Positions 38,401 through 49,800 of a DNA stretch of 64,000 nt are shown here, one piece after another (positions within the stretch are counted from its first letter, which is position 1; the number at the start of each line of letters is the position of its first letter). The notes below the pieces were generated by a model. It did no database searches and was not told the origin of the DNA. It worked only from the letters and a program-made list of their open reading frames with translations. The translations under genes were made by a program, and so were the position numbers. Source of the DNA: Antedon mediterranea (taxonomy: Eukaryota > Animalia > Echinodermata); NCBI RefSeq assembly GCF_964355755.1, contig NC_092671.1, positions 11,594,001 to 11,658,000 on the forward strand, given 5' to 3'.

Positions 38401-40758
38401 GTGGAGCTGTTGCCATTTCAAACAGTTCCCGCGTTTGGTTGGCGGCTAACTGACCACTGCAAAGTTGACTCTGACTCGCAATATCCATATTCTCCGTTAG
38501 GTTTGCCATGGGACCAGCCATGACCAATAGGAATCCATATGCCATAAGTATGGAACGCCCCTTGCCTGAAAACAACAATATTTTGTAATTATAAAATTAT
38601 AATATAGCTCCGCAATATTCAAATAAAAAAGGAATAGCAGGCCCGTAGCCAGGGGGGGGGGGGGTTTTATGGTGGGCGAACCCCCCCCCCCCCCCTTTAC
38701 AGCGAACCCCCTTAACCGACTGCGAACCCCCATCCCCGACATGCCCAATACCTCACCCTCATCTCCGAAAATCGTCCAAATACGTGCCCCACAGTACAAA
38801 AAGTTGTTCGTAAATTGAAAAATTCGTAAACTCGTTCGAAATAACTCATACAGTACCTTCTTCCCCGTATGAGCGTACTTCGAGCGATACGTGTCTGTAA
38901 ATTTCTAAGATTTGCAAATGAATTGCCGATTTTAACCTGAAAAATAAATGTTTGGTCCCTGCATGTAACATGATATTGACGCGTCTCACAGCGAGCTGGG
39001 GCACGAACGATTCGTACAAAGGACACCGCCAGACAACTGCGTACCAATTGTTTAGATCACTGGCAGTCAGACAGCATGCATAAAGTATATAGCCTTCCGA
39101 CATACATCAGTATTTATGTGTGGCTATGAAGTGTAATGTATCATAGAGGATTATAGTGAATATTAATATTTTACACTATAATATCTATGGTATCATGTAC
39201 TGTAGTTCACATTATGGCATCCGATTATTTTTTTCTAGACCACCAGCCGATACGTACTCAAATGTATCAATATCACCTATTTACATTGGCATAATTAATT
39301 TCCTCAACAAATTGCTGTAAATAAATATTCAGATAGAGCTATAATAAGAATTGCATTTGCCTTCACCCAGTGTGCTTTTTTCGGGGCTTCTCCTAGACGT
39401 ACGTTCGCATTGAACTTGAACGCAAAATAAAATACCGAGTAAATGATCAAACAATCGGCGGCTCCGCACAGAGCACGCGCATCTAACATACGGCAACAAA
39501 TGTTATCGTTTAAATAGTCCACGAGTCCAAGTACGATCGTTTTGCTCATGCTGCATGAGAGTGTCTTTTCCGGCCATCTAGGGGTGTCATTTAACAAAAT
39601 TCGCTTCGCCTCAGGCCCCACCCCAGGGGGGGGGGGGGGGTTGACCCAAATACTTAGTGTCCGAACCCCCCCTTGACAAATCCTGGCTACGGCCCTGGAA
39701 TGTGACACCACTGGCTTTGTTTAATGTTGTTTATTTGATGGGTTTTTTTTCAATTCAAACTTACTGGAAAAAAGTTGAGGAACTGTTAACAAAACGATGC
39801 ACCGCACATCTTTTGAGAACGCCATCCCGAAACTCATAACACCTCCCATCACAGTCGTAACAGCAAGTGCAAAGTACGGTTCATAATCTTTTCCAAATAC
39901 AAATATGTAATAGAAAATATAAACCATAAAACATCCCGTTATGAAGCCTATGACGTTACTAATAGCTTCATATTCGTACGTGCCAGGTACGCACATACGT
40001 GTGACCCACCAGTCCGATTCAGTGCGAACTGTACATGTGCAGTACTGCTTTATCTCGTTGATGCAAGGCGCAAATATTCTTTTGATTACGTTGACGAAGT
40101 ACATACACGGAGCGCACATACTCCCACAGCAGTCTGATACCATTTCATTTTTCTTTAAACGAAAAAAAAGAATAACGTACATTAGGCCTAGGCCTACGTA
40201 AAACATTACACGTTTTCATCTGTTAGAATTAGCTTATTATGGTGTCTGACTAAATGCCTAGGCCTAGGTACTTGTTTAATAAAAACTTACCATATTATCC
40301 ACCCTTCCTTGTATTCCTTTCGGTTTTTTCTTCTCTCGGAACATAAACTGTTCCTGTGGGATTCCGCTTTTGTCTTTTCGACCAAAGAAATCCCCTATCT
40401 CGTCTTCCACTGCCTCCTGTATACGGTCTTCAACTTCATCGCGAATCTTTTCTTTAACTTTCTTCTTTACCTTATTCTTTACCTTTTCTTTTGCTTTCTT
40501 CTTAGCTTTGTCTTTTACCTTCGATTTCACCTTTTCCTTTGCTTTTTTCTTCACCTTTTCTTTCGCTTTCTTCTTAGCCTTGTCTTTCACCTTCTGTTGA
40601 ACCTTAGCTTTTACTTTCTTCTTTGCTTTTTGTTTCATTTTCTTCTGCATTTGTTGCTTCATCTTTTTCTTGACTTGCTTTTTAACCTGTTTCTTTGCTT
40701 GCTTTTTAGCTTGTTGTTTGACAACCTGTTTCCCCGCTTGCTTCGCAACAACTTGCAT
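32450..40758 (-). CDS. DCST2: DC-STAMP domain-containing protein 2 (sperm-egg fusion factor family with SPE-42/Sneaky), ~14 coding exons
   Basis: Exons from 40291-40758, 39765-40152, 38395-38565, 37686-37787, 37317-37508, 37097-37150 and others down to a stop at 32450-32452 splice in frame. Motifs VRCIVLLTVPQLFSSKGRSIL, YLTKDKFDNWYIT, CLPEPVPPNY, EAYGLRLRRVVTSWYYPQRERQRVVWLYN; C-terminal Cys finger CVGC...CDNPNC..CYCLEC...CLLC, then DSSDEE as in DCST2. Confidence 0.85.
33750..33889. mobile_element. PIF/Harbinger-like MITE (AGCTCTGTCTACAC family)
   Basis: TIRs AGCTCTGTCTACACTA / TAGTGTCGACAGAGCT with TAA TSD on both sides. Confidence 0.85.
34885..35240. repeat. Tandem repeat, ~70-75-bp unit, ~4-5 diverged copies, in a DCST2 intron
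   Basis: GAGTGAATTTCACTCTT...CCAAGTGGAAATTAGTGTTTGAGAACACATT recurs; each unit contains a short palindrome. Confidence 0.85.
35913..35981 (+). mobile_element. L2/CR1-group LINE or SINE 3' tail
   Basis: GTACAGCGCTTAGAG...GGCGCTATTTAAAT...(TAT)n stem-loop plus microsatellite tail typical of L2 3' ends. Confidence 0.5.
36090..36648. mobile_element. Cluster of nested/tandem 179-bp PIF/Harbinger-like MITEs
   Basis: TIRs AGCGTGGTTCCCACTAG / CTAGTGGGAACCAAGCT. Copy B (36186-36364, TAA TSD) lies inside copy A (36090-36450); copy C spans 36454-36631; an inverted TIR remnant sits at 36635-36648. Confidence 0.88.
38638..39697. mobile_element. Non-autonomous DNA transposon, hAT-like, in a DCST2 intron
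   Basis: TIRs CAGGCCCGTAGCCAGG / CCTGGCTACGGCCCTG with subterminal G/C runs; no clean 8-bp TSD. Confidence 0.6.
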
Positions 40759-41489
40759 TGTGAAAGGTTTTTAACGTCTATTTTACTAATCTATAAAATA
40801 TGTGGCATAAGGCCCTGGCTAAAATAATTGAGTCTAAAAAAAGATTGTAACATGTGCTTTTAAAATTACCGCTTTAACTATGAAAGGTGAAGCGTTCTAT
40901 TCTTATTGGTTAATTGTTCTACAGGCGCAGGGCTGGCGCGCACGCTGCGCGCATATCCACACCCACGGGGCCTGCTGCAAAAGGACAAAATTGCCGCATA
41001 TAATTATAAGGAAAATATTTAAGCCGTTTTTATATATAGGCCTAGTATATTACCTAATAATAAGATAATTTTTTGTAGCTCTCTCGCGTCTTGTGAACAC
41101 GATGTGGTGATGACATTTCTCATTTATAATAAAATTGCCTTTTATAGTAGGCCTATACAATAAGCAAAAACCTTTGAATCGTTGATGAATTTACCGCATC
41201 AGCCTATGAATATACACAATATTATGTATTCCAAATTGTGTATTTTTTTTAGCTGTACACTAACCAGGGAGTTTTTAACAGTTGAGAAGAAAGCAATAAG
41301 CACAGGTACCGTACGGTATGCCCTATACACAAGAAGCATAACGTTGGTGGGCTTGTCTCCTAAACACAAAATATCATTAAAAATATTTCAACAAAAAAAA
41401 AGTGAATGGTACAATAACAATATAAGGTGAAATAAATTCTCCGCATTTAATTTTAAAAAAAAAATAATTAAAAAAAACTTGACATTGAA

Positions 41490-41561
41490 AGGCCCGAGAG
41501 GGATTTGAACCCTCGATCTTCTGTTTACGAGACAGACGCCTTGCCACTTGGCCATCGAGCC
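41490..41561 (-). tRNA. tRNA-Thr(CGT)
   Basis: GGCTCGATGGCCAAGTGGCAAGGCGTCTGTCTCGTAAACAGAAGATCGAGGGTTCAAATCCCTCTCGGGCCT folds into a full cloverleaf with anticodon CGT; T-run terminator downstream. Confidence 0.95.
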
Positions 41562-41699
41562 AAAGTCATTGAACTGAGGTGCGTATACCTACTCAATTAT
41601 TATTTACTCTTATACAAAATAATTGTTGTGCTTTTAATGTTTACTTGATTTGCTTTGATAGTTTATTAAAATACCTCAACAAATAACGAGACTGAGTTC

Positions 41700-41830
41700 G
41701 AATAGACTTTATTTTAGGCGAGAAAAGGCGATCTGTCTTTACAAAATGACGTCAGTGAGCCGGATATTGAGGTTGTAACCTTTGAACTTTGACGGGATAA
41801 ATTTCGCGCGAAACATGAAGTTGCCAAAGC
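41700..41830 (+). promoter_or_regulatory. Probable TIMELESS promoter with CRE and palindromic E2F site
   Basis: TGACGTCA at 41747-41754 and TTTCGCGCGAAA at 41802-41813, followed by a candidate 5' UTR exon ending AAG|GTGA at ~41893. Confidence 0.55.
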
Positions 41831-43329
41831 GAAGAGGTTCGTAGTTGTTTCCGTTGTTTTTGGTTTAAAAATTGTGATCAATAACCATTAAAGGTGACAC
41901 TATTATTTCATTGATACTGATTATCTATTATTATTATGTCTATTGGATCGATCCTGTCTATTTAATTAGATAAAGTAGGCTAGGCTAGGCCTATGAGTTC
42001 TTAATTGAAAATGCAGATCGTTCGTTCGGCAGGTAATACTAATTAATAGTATAGCCTTATAATTATATAGGGGCTAGCCCCTCTGGATTCCCGCCCCTCT
42101 CTAGAGACTACTGTAGTAAGGTAGTCTAGCCTTGATTGCTAGGCCGTGATCTCTGCCACACTCACTTACTACTACAAAATAGTGGAGGTGTATCTATATA
42201 TAAATTATGGTTAATTCTGACATAGGCCTAGGCGAGCACAATGCAAAAACTTCGGTACAAATCTCCGCCTTGGATACCTACCTTATCTATCCGAGATGTA
42301 CCGCGAAACGTAGATTTGATAATATTAGTGTGCACGCCGACGCTATTGTTCCATATTTATATCTTAGGAAGATATTATAAAGAGTTTTTTAACAACATTT
42401 ATGATTTCAACATTGGATTTTCCTCTCAATTTCAATTCTTCCCGGTCAAAGTAATTTCCGGGTTTAATACAGTGTCCCTTTGGAAGACGAAAAAAATATT
42501 GGCCATTAATCATAGCCATTTCAGTTTTTTGTTTATTTTAAAACATACCACACGTGTGTGAAGGTACAGTAGTTAAATAATAGGAATTATACTGCAAATT
42601 AATAAAGATCAAATTAAATATACGCTATAAAGAATCAGAATATATTGTGGGGAATAGTATTATAAAATTACATAGGGAGATTTGATAAGACATTTTTCGA
42701 GTGAAATCCCGATAGCTGAGTTTTATTGAGTAAGCTTGCAGGAATAACTGTAGGCTATCTTCCTGTGTCCCGTTAGGACCGAGATGTCTGCCCATGTTGC
42801 AAGCCGTAATGTCTTCTTTCTTGGGCCCACTCTGTCACGGCAGTTAGTTTCAAAAGATGATTAAATTAAATAATGTATTAATAATTATTAGGATGGTATT
42901 CATTTGAATAAACGCCTCTCCAATAAAACATCACTTTGAATAATAACCCCCCCCCCCCATAACCCAACTATCTAATAAATGTCCATCCACATATTTATAA
43001 TAACACAATTATACTATTTGTAGTAGAATTCACCGCACTGTTATCTGCAATTTACCAAGCATTTGTTATTCTTTTTTACCACTTTTCATATCTATGAGAG
43101 GATTTCATTTGATTATAAATGTTACCATATTATTAGAACTAAAAAATTTAACATATATCCCTCGAATAAGCACCTCCCTCAAATGACCTCCGCCTCCCCA
43201 AAGGGCCCTACCAAACAATAAAAACTATACTTTAAAATGTTATTAATCATCTAAAACACTGTGAAACAAAGTAGTTTAGTTTTACGAATGTCAAGCATTT
43301 TCAATAATGGTAACCGACAGAAAATGTAT

Positions 43330-43407
43330 AAGGAGAACATTATCATTCCGAGAACCATCGTCTACACTTCCTAGAGGGGGAGCGAGCGAAGCGAGCTCAC
43401 CCTCTAG
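43330..43407 (+). mobile_element. Helitron 3' terminus
   Basis: GC-rich hairpin GAGGGGGAGCGAGCGAAGCGAGCTCACCCTC ending in CTAG followed by T. Confidence 0.55.
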
Positions 43408-43883
43408 TTACTATCAATTAGCCTTGTTTATAGTATTATATTTTGTTATATAAAGTTTACGGTCATACCACATATATATAATATAGCCTACGTACGCCTA
43501 CTGTACCTACACTAGGCATAGGCTCTATATTTATAATAATATTAATAGTTCTGAAAATAATCTCGAGTTTCTCGACATTTCAATCAATATACTTTTTTGA
43601 TCGGATTATAGCAGAATTATTATCAATAGTCTACAGACCGTACTACTAGACAGGCTATCCTGTCCTGGATTTGATTGCAACTTTTGTTGTTGAGTAATAT
43701 TTTAATATTAAAAACCACCCGCCTATTAAGAGCCAGGCCTAGTTGTAGTAGTGTGCAAGATATTTGGTATAGACTACTAATGGGCCTAGTAGTAGGTCAA
43801 ACCTAATAGAATTTTTACTTTATAAATCTTGAAATAAACTTTCTTCTTGTAATATTTTTAGTAATTTAAAACCAAAAGCATAC

Positions 43884-46800
43884 ATGGATTGTGAACTCCT
43901 AGCTACTTGTAATGGATTGGGATTTCTGGAAGAAGGAAGAATATACAAAAAGGAACCAGATTGTTTAGGTATAAATGACTAATAACTTAATAAAGTTAAT
44001 TCAAACTATTGGTTTTATATGTATAATAATTCATATGTTGTTTAACAATCTTTATTACAATCCGCGTGCAGTGCAGCATGCTGGTATTTATAGCGGGCTG
44101 CTTAAATTATTAGAATTGACTTATTTTTCACATTTCTATCGTTTAAAGATGAAAAAAATTATCTCAATATGCCCATATAGTATTTATTTTTAAATATAAT
44201 GCAGTTTGTGACATTAAATTTGATCGGAAAAAAAGTGTCTTAACAATAAAATAACACAAAAGTGAACGATTGAACACACTAATAAGTCTATAGCCATGTT
44301 GGAAAAAGGGCGACTTGAATGCTTCAACTGAAAATGCTTTATGTTTTTATAATTGTATGTTTGTAGAGACTATTAAAGATCTTATAAAATTTTTACGACG
44401 TGAAGATGACACAAAAGAGATCCGACGCCAACTTGGGCAGGCTCAAATTCTGCAGAGTGATTTATTGCATATCGTGAAGCAGTATTCTAATGATGAGACA
44501 CTATTTGAAGCAACTATCAGGTCAGTGTAACATTTTTCCAGGACCAAGTTTTTTCATTCAAAATAAACTTATTGACATAAGAATCCTGTTATGAGAAAAG
44601 GATTTACAATATAGTAGGTATTCAGGTTTCCATTAATTTGTCATTGTTGTTAAAATTGGAATGCTATCGTCATCTTCTAAAATATTTTCAGAATTAGGTT
44701 AATGATAGGATTATTAAATGTGCTTAGCAAACAAAAATTATTTAACTTTGTTTTAAGGCAATATTTTAAAAAATAACCTACTGTATACATTCTTTTTCTT
44801 AAATCTGGTCCAATTCATAAGATAAATGAACTGGCTTGGTCTGGTCCAATTCATAAGATAAATGAACTGGCTTGATCTGGTCCAATTCATAAGATAAATG
44901 AACTGGCTTGATAAATAAAAACCTCCACAAAGCAATTATGAAACAAGGTTCACGATACAGTGATATTATTTTGTTGTTTTTAAAGGTTGATGGTTAACAT
45001 TACTACTCCAGCTGAGGTTTGTTTTGGTAAAATTCCTGAGGATAAAACCTTTCATCAGTATTATCTTGACATAATATCTCATCTTCAACAGTACAAAGAA
45101 GCATACACAGATGATGAGTTTATGAGTATATTGGCTTCCAAGCTTAAGTCACTGTTGGATAGGGTAAGGATTCTAAAAAAAGTCACCAACATGATAGATG
45201 TACTATAAGATGCTCGGCTACCTATCTCATGGGTTCAAATCCTTGACAGGAATTTTTTATAAACTTAATTCCAAAAGATTTGTAATAAGATATTGTGTAG
45301 AGCATCCTCTGTATATGTTTGTTTTCTGAACAGGGTTGTCATGTTTGAGGAGAGTAATCCTTGGTAATATGCCTAAAGTTTAGATTAAATTAATCAGCCT
45401 ATCTCTTAACCATGGTACTTGCAAAAGTAAAAATTTAAATCTTAAATTTGTAACATGTCATCATTCCTTCTTTTTTTATGATGATTTGTATATATTCCCA
45501 GGAATGGGAAGACAGACGTGATGAGCATACACTTTTAATGGAGCGAATTCTGCTCTTAATTCGCAATATACTTCATGTTCCAGCTAATCCAGAACAGGAG
45601 ATGGTAAGCTTTTATACATCTGCGTATATGGCTGAAATAAGGATTGTGCATAGTCTTTTCCTGAGGTTACCTTTACAGATTTCAATGACACTGTCCTTCA
45701 TTCCTTGAGATGACATATATAAAAGCTTAACAAAGATCCTGCTCATGCTAAATAATGTAGTTCACCTTGTGCAGCTGCAGCCTGATGTTATGATGATGGC
45801 TATCAATCCTATAGTCTCCAAATCTTAATTGCTACACTAACTCCTGTTCACACTGAACCATCAGCTACTGTATATTCATACTTATTCTGGTTCACATAAT
45901 GGAAGCACCATTCAACAAAATGACTTCGTCTCCAATTCTGTTCCAAGTGTCAATATAACCTATATGTTAATCATGTATTTAACTTAATTTTTTTTGTTAA
46001 GCGAACCGATGATGATGCATCCGTGCATGACCAGGTACTTTGGGCGTTCAACATCAGTGGAATGGATAAATTAATACTGTACATTGCTAGTTCAGATGAT
46101 GAGCAACAGTGGTGTATGCATGCCGTTGAAATTGTGTCTCTCATGTTTAGAGAACAGGTAAGAATTACTTACTTACAATCAACACTAAATTATGCTATTA
46201 ACAGGTAAGAATTACTTACTTACAATCAACACTAAATTATGCTATTAACAGGTAAGAATTACTTATTGACAATCAACACTAAATTACACTATTAACAGGT
46301 AAGAATTACTTACTTACAATCAACACTAAATTACACTATTAACAGGTAAGAATTACTTGCTTACAATCAACACTAAATTATGCTACTAACAGGTAAGAAT
46401 TACTTACTTACAATCAACACTAAATTATGCTATTAACAGGTAAGAATTACTTATTGACAATCAACACTAAATTATGCTATTTACAGGTAAGAATTACTTA
46501 CTTACAATCAACACTAAATTATGCTATTAACAGGTAAGCATTACTTACTTACAATCAACACTAAATTATGCTATTAACAGGTAAGAATTACTTACTTACA
46601 ATCAACACTGAATTACACTATTAACTGGTAAGAATTACTTATTGACAATCAACACTAAATTACACTATTAACAGGTAAGAATTACTTATTGACAATCAAC
46701 ACTAAAGTACACTATTAACACTAACAGGTAAGAATTTCTTATTTACAATTGGTGATTACACATCAAGTTGGATTTAAAAATCAATTACTGTCATGGTTAT

Positions 46801-49800
46801 CTCATTTTACATTAGAGTTAATTTTAAGTATTTTAATTGCCTGTTTTATTCTAAGACACCAGAACAGTTAGCAAAAGCTGGAGTGGCAAAGTCCTTGACC
46901 GAGAGGCAAAATGATCAGCGTGAGTTAGAGACGATTCGACAGAGGGAGCTTGCTAAGCAAAGAGAAGTAGTAATGAAGAGAAGTTCAAGGTAACAGCATG
47001 TTGCTTCTTCATAAATACAGTATCTCCTTCCAATAAAGGACCGGATTTGTACCATACATTTATCCTTTATCAGTTTGTTGAAATCCTGTATAAAAGAGTA
47101 GCATAAAATTGTAAAATTATCGGAGGAATGAAGTAAAGAAAGGAATGAAACTGCTATTCATAATAATTTTTAAAATGAGCATTACATTTATCTTTTTATA
47201 GGCATTCTAGATTTGGCGGATCGTTTAGCGTGAAGAACATGAAATCAATCAGCGACCGTGATCTGGTATATCACCATTCAGTGAATCAAGCAAAACAAAT
47301 CAACTTTGACCTTGACAAGAAACCAGCAAAGAAGGCAAAGAACCGTATGCCGATGAAGGAAAAATCTGTCTCACGTCGATCAACCCTCAGTATTCGCCTT
47401 TTCCTGAAGGATTTTTGTGTGCTGTTTTTAGAAAATTGTTATAACCCGTTGATGCATAATGTTAAGGTATAATTCTCATTATAATCAATGTTCAGACCAT
47501 TTAGATTTGATCTAGACCTTGTGAGCACTTTGTTCACATAACAATAGACTCCAAAGGATTTTATGTGAATGCCTTTATCACACCTATGATTTTGAAACAA
47601 ATTATAAGATTAAAAAATATATATATATTGTTAAAATATTTAGTTATCTTTAATATGGGCTGAAATATTAAATAGTATGCTCTCTGCATTTCATCCTCTA
47701 TGCAATTTGCCAAGTTTTTGAGAAGGTGATTTTTAAATTTTTATTTAGGACCATATTTTGCATGATCGAGCACAACAAAATGACGAGACCTACTATTTAT
47801 GGGTGATGCATTTCTTTATGGAGTTCAACAGAATATACAAGTTTAGAGTTGATATTGTCAGGTGAGACGTTTACGATTTAGCTTATTGCTAAGGGAAAAT
47901 ATATATAAGGAGATGAGATTCTTGTATGAAAGATTAACTGTGGCAACAAACACCATCAAACTGACTTTAAGACACAAAACACATTGATATTGCATATTCA
48001 TTTTCATATACGCTTCTGGTTTCTCTTAGTGAGACATTCTCAGTTCAAGCTTTCCATTTTATTGAGACTCAAATCACAAAATACCTGGATATGATGATGA
48101 CAGAGAAGAAAGAAGTGGTTTCTTGGTCCAGAAGGTAATTACAATATTTCATGTTTAGAACATTTTTAATATGAACAAATACTGTATGTAAAATGTCAAC
48201 ATAGTTGTAGAGAATGTGTAAAAGTTGTTATAACATATGTACAGTATAACACAAAGAAGTTAAACAAGCTTATTAATTATCCTAATTAACTTACAGACTT
48301 CATATGTGCCTTCGATGCTATAAGGAACTCCTCTTGACCCTTGACACTATGGGACAATCAAAAGATGAGTCTCTGCGCGATACTGCACATGTTATCATCA
48401 GCAATGTTGTGTATGTTATAGAATACAGAGAAGTCTTTATTAGCCTATTGAAGAAGTTTGATGAAACTAAATTTACAGAGTGAGTAAAAGCTCTATCTAC
48501 ACTATCAAATATGGTAATGATATGCACAAATATGGTAGTGATTGCACAAATATGGTAGTGATATGCACAAATATGGTAGTGATATGCACAAATATGGTAG
48601 TGATATGACATGTCTACATATTGGCATGGCACATTTTTTTGTCACATAAAGTTTGATAGTGTGACAGAGCTTAAGAAAAAAAGTTCATCAGCCAGGTGCA
48701 TGAGTTTAACAAAATATTAATTTTATTGTTTAGGCTACTTCAAAGTGTAATATATACATAATACCTCAAATTGGAAAGAGAAACATTTTTATTGTTTCTA
48801 AAATGTATTTGTTATTGTTGTAGAGTTTACTTAAAAGATCTTGTTGAAACAACTCATGTATTTCTGAAAATGCTGGAATCATTTTGTAAGAACAAGAACA
48901 AAGTTATTGTGCAGAAAAAGGCCAGAAAGAAACGCAAGAAGAAAAAGAAAGGTTAGTATCATATAAAAGTCTCATAAATTGTACATTTAATTGCATTATG
49001 CAAAAATCGGTTAAACTTAACTTCTTTTAACTTTCAGTCAATGTGCAGAACAGTCAACCTGAAGAAGACTTGGATGCTCTATGGAGTGGCGTGTCCAGCA
49101 CTCTGTCAGCCATGGTTGAGGGCAGTGAGGAAGTACCTGACGATATCACTCCATTTGATGCAACTTCTGATCGTCCTGTTGAAGAACAAAGGTAGACATT
49201 TTTTATAGTTGTAGCCACATAGATTTTTTTTTTCAATAATCAATTTACTACTGACCACAATTAACTTTTTATTTTGTTATTCAGATCAGATGCCGTCGTC
49301 AGAATCCAGCAATGTCTTAAAAGTGGCAAGGCAGGAGAAGCATTAGGACTTCTTAGAGCAGCAAGGTTAGTGTGTAGACAGTGCTGTGGGATTTAGACCT
49401 GCCATCAATAATGTAAAATGATGGATTATAGGGTCATTCTTCATAGATTTGAATCTACTTTGAGTAATTAGAATGAGTAGATTTGAGATAGTCTGTTTAC
49501 AGCAGTATAGAATGACAGTAGTAGAGCAGCTAGATTAGATTCATGCTTCAGAAAGGTGTATTGGGAGATTCCTTGTGTGTATTTGATTGTTTATAAGCAT
49601 CCAGAACATTTAAAAATAGGTTATTTTTGTATCATACTTCAGGGAAGTATGGTCAGATGGAGACGTGTTTGGTGCAGTGGATATTGAACCACAAGAAGAA
49701 TTGATGGCACTTCGTGAAATTCTTACAACCAATCTAAATGGTAAAATTTTGCTTTACTGAACATATACAGTAACACTGCACTTCATTGCAATTACCATTC

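Noticed and set aside
38497-39711. ORFs of 85-135 aa inside the hAT-like element
   Set aside because: Driven by G/C runs; no transposase motifs.
40309-40827. Phe/Leu-rich plus-strand ORFs resembling membrane proteins
   Set aside because: Antisense shadows of the Lys-rich DCST2 exon.
45205-45260. tRNA-like B box GGTTCAAATCC followed by a T-run
   Set aside because: No cloverleaf; at most a decayed SINE head.
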